NCBI RefSeq assembly: GCF_006345805.1
Contig: NC_043003.1
Coordinates: forward strand, 434,001-498,000
Source: Octopus sinensis
Taxonomy: Eukaryota
Direction of reading: 5' to 3'
Length of the DNA stretch: 64,000 bases
Below, one piece after another: positions 48,931 through 61,385 of this stretch (the stretch's first letter is position 1; each line of letters opens with the position of its first letter). Below the pieces are notes generated by a model that saw only the letters and a program-made list of their open reading frames with translations, did no database searches and was not told where the DNA came from. Position numbers and translations under genes: made by a program.

Positions 48931-49506
48931 GGCAAAAATGTAACAGCGCCGAAGTTCCATAATTTGGTGAGAGCCGCACGAATTTAGAATTACTGAAAAT
49001 TTTGCAAAAAGAATAATGACGCCAGGCGAGCAGAAAACCAGAAAAATGGGGGACAATCAGCAATTTTGACCCACTTGAGGGTCTTGGCGTGGCGAACACA
49101 CACACACACCGTGTATTTATTTTAAGGTATATGCACACATCTTAAGCATTTTTAAATATAGACACGAGCCAACAAAAGAGTTTCGTTATGCGAGTCACTT
49201 GAATTGTTGCTTCAGCCGTCAAAATCTTTCCACAAACAAATCCCTACCAACTTTAAATGCTGGCACCGCATGCTTTCAAGTCTTAATTCTTGGGACAATA
49301 CAAACTAACAAAGGAGCCTTTTGTCGAAGTCATTTAACTTGCTAAGACAGCAGCCGAACGTTTTCGTTAAAATATCTACAATCACAAACGCTCGAAATGT
49401 GTCCCGAAGTTATGTAATCTTTGTGACAACATTTTAAGAAAACAACGAAGAAGGTTGCCATAGCTAAAAACAAAATAACAAAAAAAACCCCCAAAAAGAC
49501 ATCTTA

Positions 49507-49731
49507 TGGGTTGTCAGATAAATTCATTCGTTTTCCACCATCGTCAATATGTTTGAAAATGGGCAAAATTTATTCAAATTCCAAAAATGCTGAACAAAAG
49601 TTGTAGAGAAACAATGGAGCTACAAAATCCCTTGAAACATTTCGCTAAAAATATTTTTCGCATCAATTTAAATTACGTGAGAAAGATTAAAGAAAGTCGT
49701 AAAAACACGAACGAATTCATCTGACAACTCA
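49507..49731. mobile_element. Mariner-type MITE
   Basis: TA|TGGGTTGTCAGATAAATTCATTCG versus CGAACGAATTCATCTGACAACTCA (inverted termini). Confidence 0.78.
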
Positions 49732-49859
49732 AGAGATGTCTGTGGAGGTTTGCACCTAATTTCACAGAAGCTGGAGAACACCTGAAGATTAAAATATTTT
49801 TTTAAACATTGCCACCGTTTTAAAGAATGATGGGGACGGGTGCCGTCAATCAATTTTAA

Positions 49860-50360
49860 GTAATTTCAGTTAACTTCATAACCATTGGGTTTCCAGTTCA
49901 GAACCACCGCGAGGAATCTAACGCAAGTGTTTTCTAATAAAGTTCCGAACCGACCATTAACTTGTACGTGAATTTGGTAGACGGATACCGCGTGGGAGCC
50001 TGACGTGTGTCCGTGTGTCCAATAGAATAAGTAGCAGGCTTTGAAATAGATAAGCACTGAAATCGATTTGACAAAAAGTTTTCAAGGCGGTGCTCCAGCA
50101 TGACCGCTGTCCAGTGTCTGAAACAATTAGAACAAAAAGAAAAAGAAGAGAAAAAAGGGGAAAAAGTCGTGCGCTGAAATACATTCAATTTTTTTAGTGA
50201 ATAGAAACTAAAAAATATTTGTCAATGATGCCATGCTGGGGCAACCACCTTGAAGAAGTTTCAGTCGAAAGAACTGACCCCAACAGTTATTTTTTAAAAG
50301 CCTGTACTTACTCTGTCGAACTTTTGCCGAACCACTAAGTTACGGGAAGTAAATACACCA
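49860..50360. mobile_element. Decayed SINE family B fragments in both orientations
   Basis: ggcggtgctccagcatgaccgc (+), gccatgctggggcaacc...ctaagttacggg (-), and a head remnant at ~49865-49945 (-). Confidence 0.65.
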
Positions 50361-50488
50361 ACGCACGTACACACACACACACATCAATAAATAAACCATG
50401 CTTCCATACTTATCTGAAAATGCAGGGCGATTTATGGAAGCCCCTACCAATTCGTCAATTTTCGTCGTAAGAAATATATCATGGAGAG

Positions 50489-50809
50489 CATAGGTTCTCA
50501 AAGTGGGCGCTACCGCCCCTCGGTGGGTGTTGAGACGGTCCAGGTGGGCGCTGGTGTCTAAAGGGGCGGGGTGGGGCAGGTGTTGGGAGGAAGGCAGTGG
50601 ATTGGGGGGACACTATGAATTTATTATAATATTATTACAGTATTGTATACAAATTGTACAATATTATATTAAATATCAAATGATTCATAGTATATATGAA
50701 TTAGTAAAATATAAAATATTTATTTATACATAAAAATAGGGGTGGGGGTGCTGAAGGTATTATGTGGCCTGGAGAGGGGGCGGTGGCCCCAAAAGTTTGA
50801 GAACCTCTG
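50489..50809. mobile_element. hAT (Charlie-like) MITE
   Basis: CATAGGTTCTCAAAG...CGCCCC versus GGGGCGG...TTTGAGAACCTCTG; 8-bp flanks ATGGAGAG/ATTTATAG (5/8). Confidence 0.75.
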
Positions 50810-50824
50810 ATTTATAGAATAGAG

Positions 50825-50998
50825 CAGAGGTCCGCAACCTTTTCTCACTTGTGGTACACTTATATACTTTTCGAAATTCGGCAACACACCCGAACTAAAA
50901 GTATAAGGGAAACAAATGATGTTGAGGTTACCCTGTTGCACACCTAGCATCGTCTCGTGGCACAGCAGCGTGCCGCGGCGTACCGGTTGCGGAGCAGG
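50825..50998. mobile_element. Second hAT-type MITE
   Basis: CAGAGGTCCGCAACC versus GGTTGCGGAGCAGG; flanks GAATAGAG/GTGTAGAG (6/8); subterminal GTGCCGCGGCGTACCGG motif. Confidence 0.65.
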
Positions 50999-51243
50999 GT
51001 GTAGAGAGCCACTTCCACGAAAGCGAAAAATGCGTGCCAGTGAAGGGAGACAACTATTGTTAGTTTTCCCCCGTCTTTGTTGCCACAGAACAATTTCTTC
51101 GCTTTGTTTGTGAAAGATTAGCAATAGTAATTATAGCAGAGTATCAAATGTCTTTCTTTATTTTTTGTTTTTATACAGGAAAATTTTAAAATATCCAGTA
51201 TACGCAACTGAATCCATATTTAATGAAAATAGCCATCTATTTT

Positions 51244-51480
51244 AAGGCGGTGAGCTGGCAGAATCGTTAGTACGCCGGGCGAAATGCTTAGCGGTATTTC
51301 GTCTGTCTTTATGTTCTGAGTTCAAATTCCACCGAGGTCGACTTTGCATTTCATCCTTTCGGGGTCGATAAATTAAATACCATTTACGCGCTGGAGTCGA
51401 TGTAATCGACTTAATCCCTTTGTCTGTCCTTGTTTGTCCCCTCTGTGTTTAACCGTTTTTGGGCAATAAAGAAATAAGAA
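51244..51480 (+). mobile_element. Monomeric SINE family A, full length
   Basis: Intact head and tail; TAGCCATCTAT/TAGCTATCTAT flanks. Confidence 0.9.
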
Positions 51481-52979
51481 ACTAGCTATCTATGTATCAT
51501 ACTTAATGTATATAGATTGTCGAAAAGCCAGTTACGGGTGTATTTATTCTAAGAGCAATTCTTATGGACTGGCCGTATGACTTCTTCTGGGACGAATTTT
51601 CCTCTCTCTCTGATATTTATTGTGTTTTATACACAGCACTGAGATTAGACTGTCACAGGAAAGAATCGCATGTCGCTTTCTAGTCTGGAGACCTAAGAGT
51701 GAGCCAAGAACGAAATGGTCGGACAATATCACGCTTGGATTTCCTGCTGGAAAGTGTAACGACATTTGCTTCTTATGAGATCTTATGAAGGAAGGACCTG
51801 AGGACTCTAGCCTCATGTACTCTCTAGTAATAGTGGGCTGAGAAAATAGACGGATAAACACAGCCCAGTTGTTGTCTCAGGACAAATTCTACAGTAACTG
51901 GCCTATCAACGGCGTATATACATTAATTACGATACATAGATGACTATTTTAAAATACGTAATATCTGTGATACTTCTAAAGTGAGTTCTCTGTATAACTA
52001 TTTAAAATCTACTCATCAACTCTGAATTTTTAAAAACTGTATTCCACTGATAAATTCCCTGAAAATAACTCCTCCATGAAAAACGATATTAGCTGTTTGG
52101 TCTAAATTTAGCATTAGTTTGTATTAACTTAAAACTTTATAATCTCTCTATCTTTTCCCTATCGCTCACTTTCTGTTAAATTCTACATTTATAACGTACC
52201 GCCTCCTCTAAATCTATATGAGTATTGGATTTCTTGAGAAAGTCTTATCTGTAAATATGTAGGTAGAATGTACTTTTCCTTAAAAGAAAAGAATTTTCGA
52301 AAAACACCGTTTTAACACATGTATAAGTCATGTCTCTAATTTAAGTGTTAAATTTTGGTGCAAAATTTGTTCCCTTCAAATCTTAGCTTTACCCAATTGC
52401 TATGTTGCGCTCCAATCTCTTCATTTAAGATCAACTATAGAATAGTGCGACTTTTAAACGAATAATTACTGTAATTTTACATCCATTCATCCGCAATAAA
52501 AACGACTCGGCCAACAAAAGCCGAGTTGCATAGTGTAAGGGAGATAACTCCCACATGACTTTTTTTTTTTGCAATGTGGCTTCGTTAGACAAGAGAACTT
52601 GATTAAAAACACCATATTGTAATTTATATCCGACAAAATTAATAAAAATAATCAAAAAAAAATATTTCACATATTCAGCTTATTGTTAAATTAAAAGATT
52701 TTTGTTTAAAATGTCCATCTTATTGTTAAGAAAGAATCATTTCTTCTCTAGAAGAAAGTGGATGTTGAGACAGAGAGAAACCTTCCTATTATAAATTTAA
52801 GCTTTCCTTCTTTCCAATTACAAATCTCTCCCTCTTTTGCTACTTTTGTCATTCTTTTTCTCTTGGTACAATTTTACTTAAATATCTAATATATCTTAAA
52901 AAGATTACACGTATTTAGATAATTGTTTATACATACATACATACATACATACATACATACACATATCATATACATGGAT

Positions 52980-54185
52980 ATCATCATCATCATCATCATC
53001 ATTTAGCGTCCGTTTTCCATGCTAGCATGGGTTGGACGGTTCAACTGGGGTCTGGGGAGCCCGAAGGCTGCACCAGGCCAGTCAGATCTGGCAGTGTTTT
53101 CTACAGCTGGATGCCCTTCCTAACGCCACCACTCCGAGATTGTAGTGGGTGATTTTATGTGCCACCGACACAGGTCCAGACGAGGCTGGCGAACGGCCAC
53201 GCTCGGATGGTTTTTATGTGCCACCGACACAGGTGCCAGACGAGGCTGGCAGACGGCCACGCTCGGATGGTGTTTTTATGTGCCACCGACACAGGTGCCA
53301 GATGAGGCTGGCAGGTTCCAGACGAGGCTGGCAGACGGCCACGCTCGGATGGTGTTTTTTAATGCCACCGACACAGTGCAGATGAGGCTGGCGGACGCCA
53401 CGATCGGATGGTGTTTGTTACGTCCCCAAAGCACGGAGGCCAGTCTATGCTACTGGCTACGGCCACGTTCGGATGATTTTCTGTGTGCCACCCGCACTGG
53501 CCCACAAAGATACAAATTCCATTTATGCTCATCTATTTTGATTTGTTTTGATTTGATTTGATTTTCACTTGCCTCACAGGTCTTCACAAGTTCACAAGAA
53601 GGAAGGTATGCACAGGTGGACTGTCTACGTCGCCGGGTCTTCGGATGGTCTTTATGTGCCACCGACACAGGTGCCAATGTGGCTGGCGAACGCCACGATC
53701 GAATGGTTTTCCTTGTGTTCCACCGTACGGAACCACAAAGATACAAATTCCATTGATGTTCATCTATTTTGATTTGTTTGATTTTCACTTGCCTCAACAG
53801 GTTTCACAAGTGTCACGCTGTCACACACTTGCTCAACAGGTCTCCACAAGTGTCACACACTTCCTCTGCCTCAACAGGTCTTCACAAAGTCACACACTTG
53901 CCTCTGCCCTAACAGGTCTTCACAAGTGTCATAAGAGGGAGGTATGCACAGGTGGACTGATGACTCGCTGTCTTTGGATGGTGTTTTTTGTGCAACCGAC
54001 ACAGGTGCCAGGTGAGGCTGGCGAACGGCCACGATCAGATGGTGTTTGTTGTGCCCACGCACGGAGGCCAGTCGATGCGGTACCAGCTACGGCCACTTCG
54101 GATGGTTTTCTTGTGTGCCACCGGTACTGGACCACAAAGATACAAATTCCATTGATATTCATCTATTTTGATTTGGTTTGATTTG
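52980..54185 (-). mobile_element. Expanded SINE family D element with tandemly repeated 5' modules
   Basis: (GAT)n tail at 52980; 59-63-bp sub-repeats; CCACAAAGATACAAATTCCATT at ~53502, 53733 and 54132. Confidence 0.9.
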
Positions 54186-54188
54186 GAT

Positions 54189-54264
54189 ATATATATTATA
54201 ATATATATATATATACATACATACGCACACACACATACAATTTATCTCTCTCTCTCTCTCCATA

Positions 54265-54350
<86 letters not shown>
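54189..54350. repeat. (TA)/(CT)/(GA) microsatellites
   Basis: Directly visible. Confidence 0.95.
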
Positions 54351-54351
<1 letters not shown>

Positions 54352-54801
54352 ACGATGTAATCCAGTATCTATAATTGTTTTTGTGTTTAAATATCTTCAA
54401 TGTACAAAAAACTTGTGAAGGAAAAAATTAATCACAATATTCTTAAATTAAAATTTCCCTTGTTACTGTTTTCTTTTCTGACATTTAATTGTTTAATGTA
54501 GTTATTTGTTTGAAAAAGGGATTATTTTAGTGATTTTATAAATAAGATATATTAATTAGGATATAAAATTCTTCATTTTGTTATTAAAAAGTTCTTAAGG
54601 CTTGATTAAAGAAAATTCATTGTAAAACTTATTTCACCACACACACACACACATGCGTGTGTGTGATGATAGAAATAATATCTGTTGAATATATTGAACA
54701 TCGTGAGTGATTTAACCAAGTTGACCCTTTTTATTTTTGTTTTCTCTTCTTCTTCTTACAGTGAATCCCTTCTTTTTCGAAGCTTCCCAGACTAAATAGC
54801 C

Positions 54802-54863
54802 ATGAGTTCACTCGAAGAACGCCGCGAAGCCCGCCGCAGAAAGCGAATGCAGGAAGAATCAGA
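54802..54863 (+). CDS. TnI: First coding exon (exon ~54762-54863), probably troponin I, N-terminus MSSLEERREARRRKRMQEES
   Basis: Polypyrimidine tract plus TTACAG acceptor ending at 54761; GCC-ATG at 54802; 20 codons plus 2 nt then GTAAGT donor (54864); non-repetitive and charged. Recalled similarity to the scallop troponin I start (SSLEERRAARRAR), not verified by search. Confidence 0.6.
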
Positions 54864-55380
54864 GTAAGTCATGATAAATGTTTACCAAATTATTTCATGG
54901 TCCTAGCATGAGACCTTTTACTCTGACCCCTACACTTTAATCTCACTTTCATAAATGTGGGGTTTCTTCCAAGGTATATTCTATTTAAAGTCTTCAATCG
55001 TTGATATTTCTCTTTTCTTCATTTTATGATATTTACAAATAAAAGATACAGAAATAAAAAATTTTTTGTTCTTAAACGCGTGAAAATAGCATGATCAGGA
55101 TAAATGACCCATACACTGCAGAAAATACATTTTTCTGCAATGGATCCTCATCACGCTATTTATTAGCATTATCACGCTATTTATTAGCATTATCACACGT
55201 TTGAGAATAAAATAAAATTTATTTCTGCATCTTTCAATACATCTCAACTTTGTTTACTTTCATCAGAAGTTACAATAATAAAATGTTCCCGGCTCTTCAT
55301 TTATTCACCTTCTGTCCTGTTTTCTGTTAAATTTATTTTGGAAGCAACTTTCAGCAACAAGATTTATCTAAACGTATAGA

Positions 55381-55418
55381 AGAAGAAGAAGAAGAAGAAG
55401 AAGAAGAAGAAAGAAGAA
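55381..55418. repeat. (GAA)n tract
   Basis: Directly visible; intronic. Confidence 0.93.
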
Positions 55419-56736
55419 GCTCAAATGCTTATCCTGTGTATCACATACCATGATACACTGGACATATTACCCTGGGGTCCATGCAGCATACACGATACAC
55501 ATCCCCCCCCCCTCCAGTGATGTTTTTTTTTTCTTTTGGGGGAGAACTTCTGAAAGGAAAGCTTTGTATGACTCAGAACATGAAACAAGGCTTAACTTCA
55601 AGTCTGAAAAGTAGCATGGGCGTTTAGGATAAACTTGAGATGCTTTGGAGAGGCAAAGGGTTTTTTAAAACTCCAGACCATCTTCTGAAAAATTCTTGAC
55701 TGACGTTTTCATATTAATTTATTTTAATTTATTTAAATTTATTTTAATTTATTCATATTTTCATATCTTTTAATCCCACCATTATTCTTTAAACAAGGGA
55801 CATTACTCTGTTTGCCTTATGGTAGCTTCAAGAACTCTCTAACTTTACAGCTGAAAGCTCTGAAGAAAATAGTGACTCACTTTACAACATTTGAAAACAG
55901 TTTCATAAATCATTATCTCAGCTATCAATAAAAACAATATTTATGAAATGAATAAAATTAATTGCTCAAGGCTTTTTTTTTCTAATTAGATATATCCATT
56001 AAGTAAAGAATTAAATTTACAGACGTTCAAAACAGTAGACCTTTCGAAGCTGTTCTCTGCCCCTCAGCTGAGTACTTCAAATCAACAAAGCTCTTGTTAA
56101 TTACATTCACAGCTCTTGTTTCTTGTAGTCGTAAGCTGCACCTTTCAGGATACCTATTTGAACATTGAAATATTACATCTCAATCTTTCAGTTAATGAGC
56201 TGACTCCCTCTTGGGTGGTAGCAAGGCTTAAAATAATATTGAAGCATCATCTAATTTACACCTACTCTCAGTACAAAAGTATTAAAGAAAATATTTGTAC
56301 CCCATGAAGTAAGTTTCTATGTGTATGTGTACATACATATATATATATATCTAACACCCGTACAAACATGGAAAATGGATGCTAAATGATGCTGATGATG
56401 GCAATGTTGTCCGTGGGAAGGGCAAGGCCCCATATGCAACACAGCAGAGGATTCAAAGTCAGAATTCTCTCTCTCTTAAATGAAATACCTTCCAAAGCTG
56501 ATGAGTTCCATCTGCTTGAAGCACCATTTTTAAGGAACCAGGACCTGCCTTTGCCATTTCTCCATTTCTCCAGATGGTTTGGCTGGGTCTAGAAACTAAA
56601 TCTTATGAGAAGGCCCGGAGTTGGACATGGTTATCAGAGGCTGTCCAAAATGCTTGCTAGGAGAGAATTATTTCTTACCAGTGAAAGATTCCTCCTCATT
56701 ACCACATCCCATCTTCATTACTTTGCTGTATATATG

Positions 56737-56770
<34 letters not shown>

Positions 56771-56839
56771 AAGATGTGGTGCTCTCGTTTGTCATAAACG
56801 ACAGATGACTTGTGATCAAGTGCTTGTGCTGCACATCTA

Positions 56840-56972
56840 CTCACTCCCCACATCCCCTCACTCCCCACATCACCTCACTCCCCACATCACCTCACTCCCC
56901 ACATCACCTCACTCCCCACATCCCCTCACTCCCCACATCACCTCACTCCCCACATCTACTCACTCCCCATCA
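56840..56972. repeat. 17-bp minisatellite, about 7.8 copies
   Basis: Unit CTCACTCCCCACATC(A/C)C. Confidence 0.93.
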
Positions 56973-58274
56973 AATTTGACATTGTCTGTCCAGGTGCATG
57001 ACATGTCACGCATCAGATGTTGAATTGATTGCAGAGCAATGTGGAATGAAGTGTTTTGCTCAAGAACACAAAACACCACCCAGTTCAGGAATTGAAATGG
57101 TGGTCAGCATACAACACTCTAACCACCAGACCATGAACCTACATACACACACACATACCTATACACACATTTTCAAGTATATGTACATGTGTGTATGCAT
57201 ATATATATATGTTGCTTTCATTTGAGTTAAAGCCCACAGCGTGTGGGTTAGATGAATATATTAATCCAATTCTTTAAATGAACGATGATAACTATTAAAA
57301 AAACAAAACCCAACTCTTTTGTCACAAAAGATTTAAAAATAGCCTTTTATATGATTTTAATAAATTTACAGTTTTTTGTTTTCAATTATAAGATGAAAAA
57401 AATATAATCAAAATAGAACAAATTAACAATCATTAATTACATTTAAACAGTTTCTCAAATATACCTAAAATAACAACTTACCTCAACTAATTGCTGTTTA
57501 TTTTCCATTTAAAGTGCTCAGCTTTGTTTTATTGTGTGATTTCTTTTCAAAGATGGAAACTGTGTGTTGTTTCTTTTATATATATTTATTATTGATATTT
57601 CTTTGTGTTGTTTTGTGTGTGATGCATCGGTTGGCCATAAACTCTATGAAAATCAACCCCTCGTTTTTTTTACTTTTTCATGTTCCTGTTGTTACACATT
57701 ATGCAATTATAAATAGAGCAAAGTAGATTTTATTTCCTTCTTAGAAGTAAGTTAGTTGTCTATTAATTAACTAATGTATGCACATAGACACACACACACA
57801 CACACACAAATCCTACTGACACGCACCAAACACATTTGCATACACACATATATCAGAAACATGTGTGTGTGTGTGTGTGTGTGTGTGTTTGGTGCTTACA
57901 GTAGTTCCTTGCAACACTCTCCAGTTACAATGACAACAATAATCATTCGTCTAAGTTTAGCCGAGATATTAAATGATGCTACTTCAAACGACCTCAGTGA
58001 GACGATGGGGAGGCTGTGCTTATGTGATGTTATCTTCTTCCCTTCATTATATAAACCTTCATTCACGTGTAGTATTATGTTGGACTACTTTATCATGCTC
58101 TGTCAATGCAACTGGATGTAAATTAAAGGAGATTTGGCTGCTATTTCTACCATATCGAGTGATCACATAGAGGCAGGCTCCCTGTTTGATGTTTTGTGCA
58201 TTAGGTGGGGAAAATAAGAAAAGATGCCATCTGTTAGCCATGGAAATAGACTGCAAGGATGCATTTTTGCTCGA

Positions 58275-58545
58275 AATTAGGACAAATTAGATGCAGGCAT
58301 GACTGAGTGGTAAGAAGCTTGCTTCCCAACCACATGGTTCCAAGTTCAGTCCCACTGCATGGGACCATGGGCAAGTATCTTCTACTATAGTCACGGGCTG
58401 ACCAAAACCTTGTGAGTGGATTTGGTAGATGGAAACTGAAAGAAGCCCATTGTATGTATGTGTGTGTCTTTGTGTTTGTCCTCACCTGTCACCACTTGAC
58501 AGCTGGTGTTGGTGTGCTTGTGTCCCCCTATATCTTAGTGATAGA
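58275..58545 (+). mobile_element. SINE family B, 3'-truncated, CpG-decayed
   Basis: gagtggtaagaagcttgcttcccaaccacatggttcc...aaagaagcccattg. Confidence 0.85.
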
Positions 58546-59094
58546 ACTGATTGCCTTTTTGTTGAACCCTAATCTGTTGAGAAAACAAGGGATGTCTAGG
58601 GGTGGAAAAGGTACCCGTTTGCCTCCATGGAAAGTCAAACCCAAATGATTCCACACTTTCAATGATGCTTATGATGCCAAAATGATGGACTCAAGATCAA
58701 ATTCTCATCAGTCAATCCAGTTGGTGGGACCTCAATTTTCGTGGGGGGAAACAGTGTGCTGTGAAGCCATTGACAGGAAGGCCCCAGAATGGTGCTCATT
58801 CTCTCCTGATTATCCATAAAACCTACAGGTATCTGGGATGTAGAGCTTTCAATTGGTAGCATAGCGCTTGCACAAGAGAGCTGTTTACGAGTCTCTTTGA
58901 GTAGAAGCAATTGTCTTTTGCAGAGACACAAGAAAACGCTGCTTGCAGACATTGAATAATGAGATAGCTTCTATGTGCTTGTTTTTCCTGCTAGAAATCA
59001 TAGCTAAATTGCCTTCAAATTACACCCAGCTGTGTGAAAATGAAGGAAGGAGAATGTTGTGGTAGATGCACTATATTTGAATGAAAGAAAGATC

Positions 59095-59610
59095 TTTTGC
59101 GTGTTTCAGTCATTGGACTGTGGCCATGCTGGAGCACCACCTTGAAAGGTTTTATTTGAATAAATTTACTCTCAGTACATAGGTTTCTTTTTTCTGTCTT
59201 GTATTAATTATTTTGCTGAACTGCTAAGTTACAGGAACACAAACAAACCAACACTGGTTGTCAAGCAGTGGGGTGGAGGACAAACACAAAGACACACACA
59301 CATATATACATACACACACACATATACATACATATATACATACATACACACACACACATACGTACATACATACATACATACATACACACACATATATATG
59401 TATATTCTTTTACCCGTTTCAGTCATTTGACTGCAGCCATGCTGGAGCACCGCCTTTAGTTGATCAAATCGACCCCAGGACTTATTCTTTGTAAGCCTAG
59501 TACTTATTCTATTGGTCTCTTGTACTGAACCGCCAAATTACGGGCACTTAAACACACCAGCATCAGTTGTCAAACAATGATGGGAGGACAAACACAGACA
59601 CACAAATATA
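59095..59610 (-). mobile_element. Two partial SINE family B copies
   Basis: Two gtttcagtcatt...gccatgctggagcac tails. Confidence 0.82.
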
Positions 59611-59614
59611 TATA

Positions 59615-59875
59615 TATATCATCATCATTTAGCATCCGCTTTCCATGCTGTCATGCGTTGGACGGTTCAACTGGGGTCTGGTAAGCCAGAAGGCTGCACC
59701 AGGCCCAGTCTGATCTGGCAATGTTTCTACGGCTGGATGCCCTTCCTAACGCCAACCACTCCGTGAGTGTAGTGGGTGCTTTTTACGTGCCACCGGCACA
59801 GGGGCCAGGCAAGGCTGGCAACGGATACGATCAGATGGTGCTTTTTATGTGCCACTGGCACGGAGGCCCATATAT
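59615..59875 (-). mobile_element. SINE family D copy
   Basis: Near-identical to 36730-37000. Confidence 0.88.
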
Positions 59876-59966
59876 ATATATATATATACATATACACTAT
59901 GTATATATATATATATATACACACATACACATATACACAATATATATATGTATATATATACATATA

Positions 59967-60009
<43 letters not shown>

Positions 60010-60011
<2 letters not shown>

Positions 60012-60175
60012 TACACAATGGACTTCTTTCAGTTTCTGTCTACCAAATCCTCTCACAAGGCTTTGGTTGGCCTGAGGCTAGAGTAGAAGACACTTGACCA
60101 AAGTGCCATGCAGTGGGACTGAACCCAGAACCATGTGGTTGAAAAGCAAGCTTCTTACCACACACCCACTCCTGC
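60010..60175 (-). mobile_element. SINE family B head
   Basis: cttctttcagtttc...gggactgaacccagaaccatgtgg. Confidence 0.82.
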
Positions 60176-60177
60176 TC

Positions 60178-60231
<54 letters not shown>

Positions 60232-60344
60232 GTATATACATATGTATATGTATATACATATGTATATGTATATTACATATGTATATGTATATACATATGT
60301 ATATGTATATACATATGTATATGTATATACATATGTATATGTAT

Positions 60345-60375
<31 letters not shown>

Positions 60376-60548
60376 ATATATGTATATGTATATACATACA
60401 TATATATATATATGTATATGTATATACATACATATATATATATGTATATACATACATATATATATATATGTATATACTTATGTATGTATATATATATTTG
60501 TATATACATATATATATGTATATATATGTATGTATGTATATATGTATT
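60176..60548. repeat. (TA)n with CATATGTATATGTATATA higher-order units
   Basis: Directly visible. Confidence 0.95.
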
Positions 60549-60551
60549 TAT

Positions 60552-61035
60552 ACAAAACCAAAACCTGTCAAAGGGCGGAGGAACTCTTGTGAGTCAACGG
60601 CCATCCAATAAATGTCTTAAGGCTGTATCATGCGCGGGGACATAGAAATAATCGGACTGAATACCCTATGGCGCGGTTATACCATTGGGAGTGAAGGACT
60701 CCTAGCCTTTGTTAGGGCATCCTTCTAGGAGAAGGTAACTCAGGAAACTGGGATAACTCCGACATAAAACCTGCGGCTCAGTGGTTACCGATGATGTTGA
60801 CTTGTTCTTCTTTTCGGGTTATGGCTGCTGTTGCTTAGTGAGTGGGATTGACTCAGTGCACAGCCTTTCCTCACTTTAAAAAAATCTTCTTGCACAGGCA
60901 TTGCACGATAACAACATTGATTAAGCTTCGTGCAATGGCCATACTCGATAACGAGGGGGCAGCCACCATGTATTCATAACCCATGCTAGCATGGAAAGGA
61001 GACGTTAAACGATGATAATGAGGATGATGATGATG
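60552..61035 (+). mobile_element. Bipartite non-autonomous RTE derivative (5' UTR-like part joined to RTE-type tail)
   Basis: CTAGGAGAAGGTAACTC resembles RTE 5' UTRs (recalled); ends AACCCATGCTAGCATGGAAAGGAGACGTTAAACGATGAT, the same tail as family D. Confidence 0.6.
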
Positions 61036-61067
61036 ATAGGTATATTTTTATATGTATATGTGTATAT

Positions 61068-61120
<53 letters not shown>

Positions 61121-61188
61121 TGTATATATGTATATATATGTGTATGTATATATGTATATATATATATAATATATATATATATATATAG

Positions 61189-61385
61189 GTAATACTAAGC
61201 AATTAAGGGTTTAGCAACAAATTGCCTCACCACACACCGAATTTAGAAATAGCAGTCAAAGAGTTATAGCTATTCTGTCTACTAAAAGAATAGTAGAAAG
61301 AATAGCTATAACTCTTTGACTGCTATTTCTAAATTCGGTGTGTGGTGAGGCAATTCGTTGCTAACCCTTAATTGCTTAGTATTAC
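61189..61385. repeat. Near-perfect foldback, about 96-bp arms, 6-nt loop
   Basis: GTAATACTAAGC...TCTACTA|AAAGAA|TAGTAGA...GCTTAGTATTAC; one indel and two mismatches. Confidence 0.93.

Noticed and set aside
52505-52552. ACTCGGC/GCCGAGT hairpin plus AAGGGAGATAACTC as a Helitron-type end
   Set aside because: No partner end or target site identified; evidence insufficient.
53540-53620. CTGTTGA/CTGTGA-G-GCAAGT-GAAA in the family D head as a ribozyme
   Set aside because: Stem II would be 2 bp with a 2-nt loop, and there is no valid stem I or III.
53145-54232. ORFs of up to 207 aa, and similar ones at 62825-63522
   Set aside because: They lie entirely within SINE family D sub-repeats, are open in several frames and show no protein motif.
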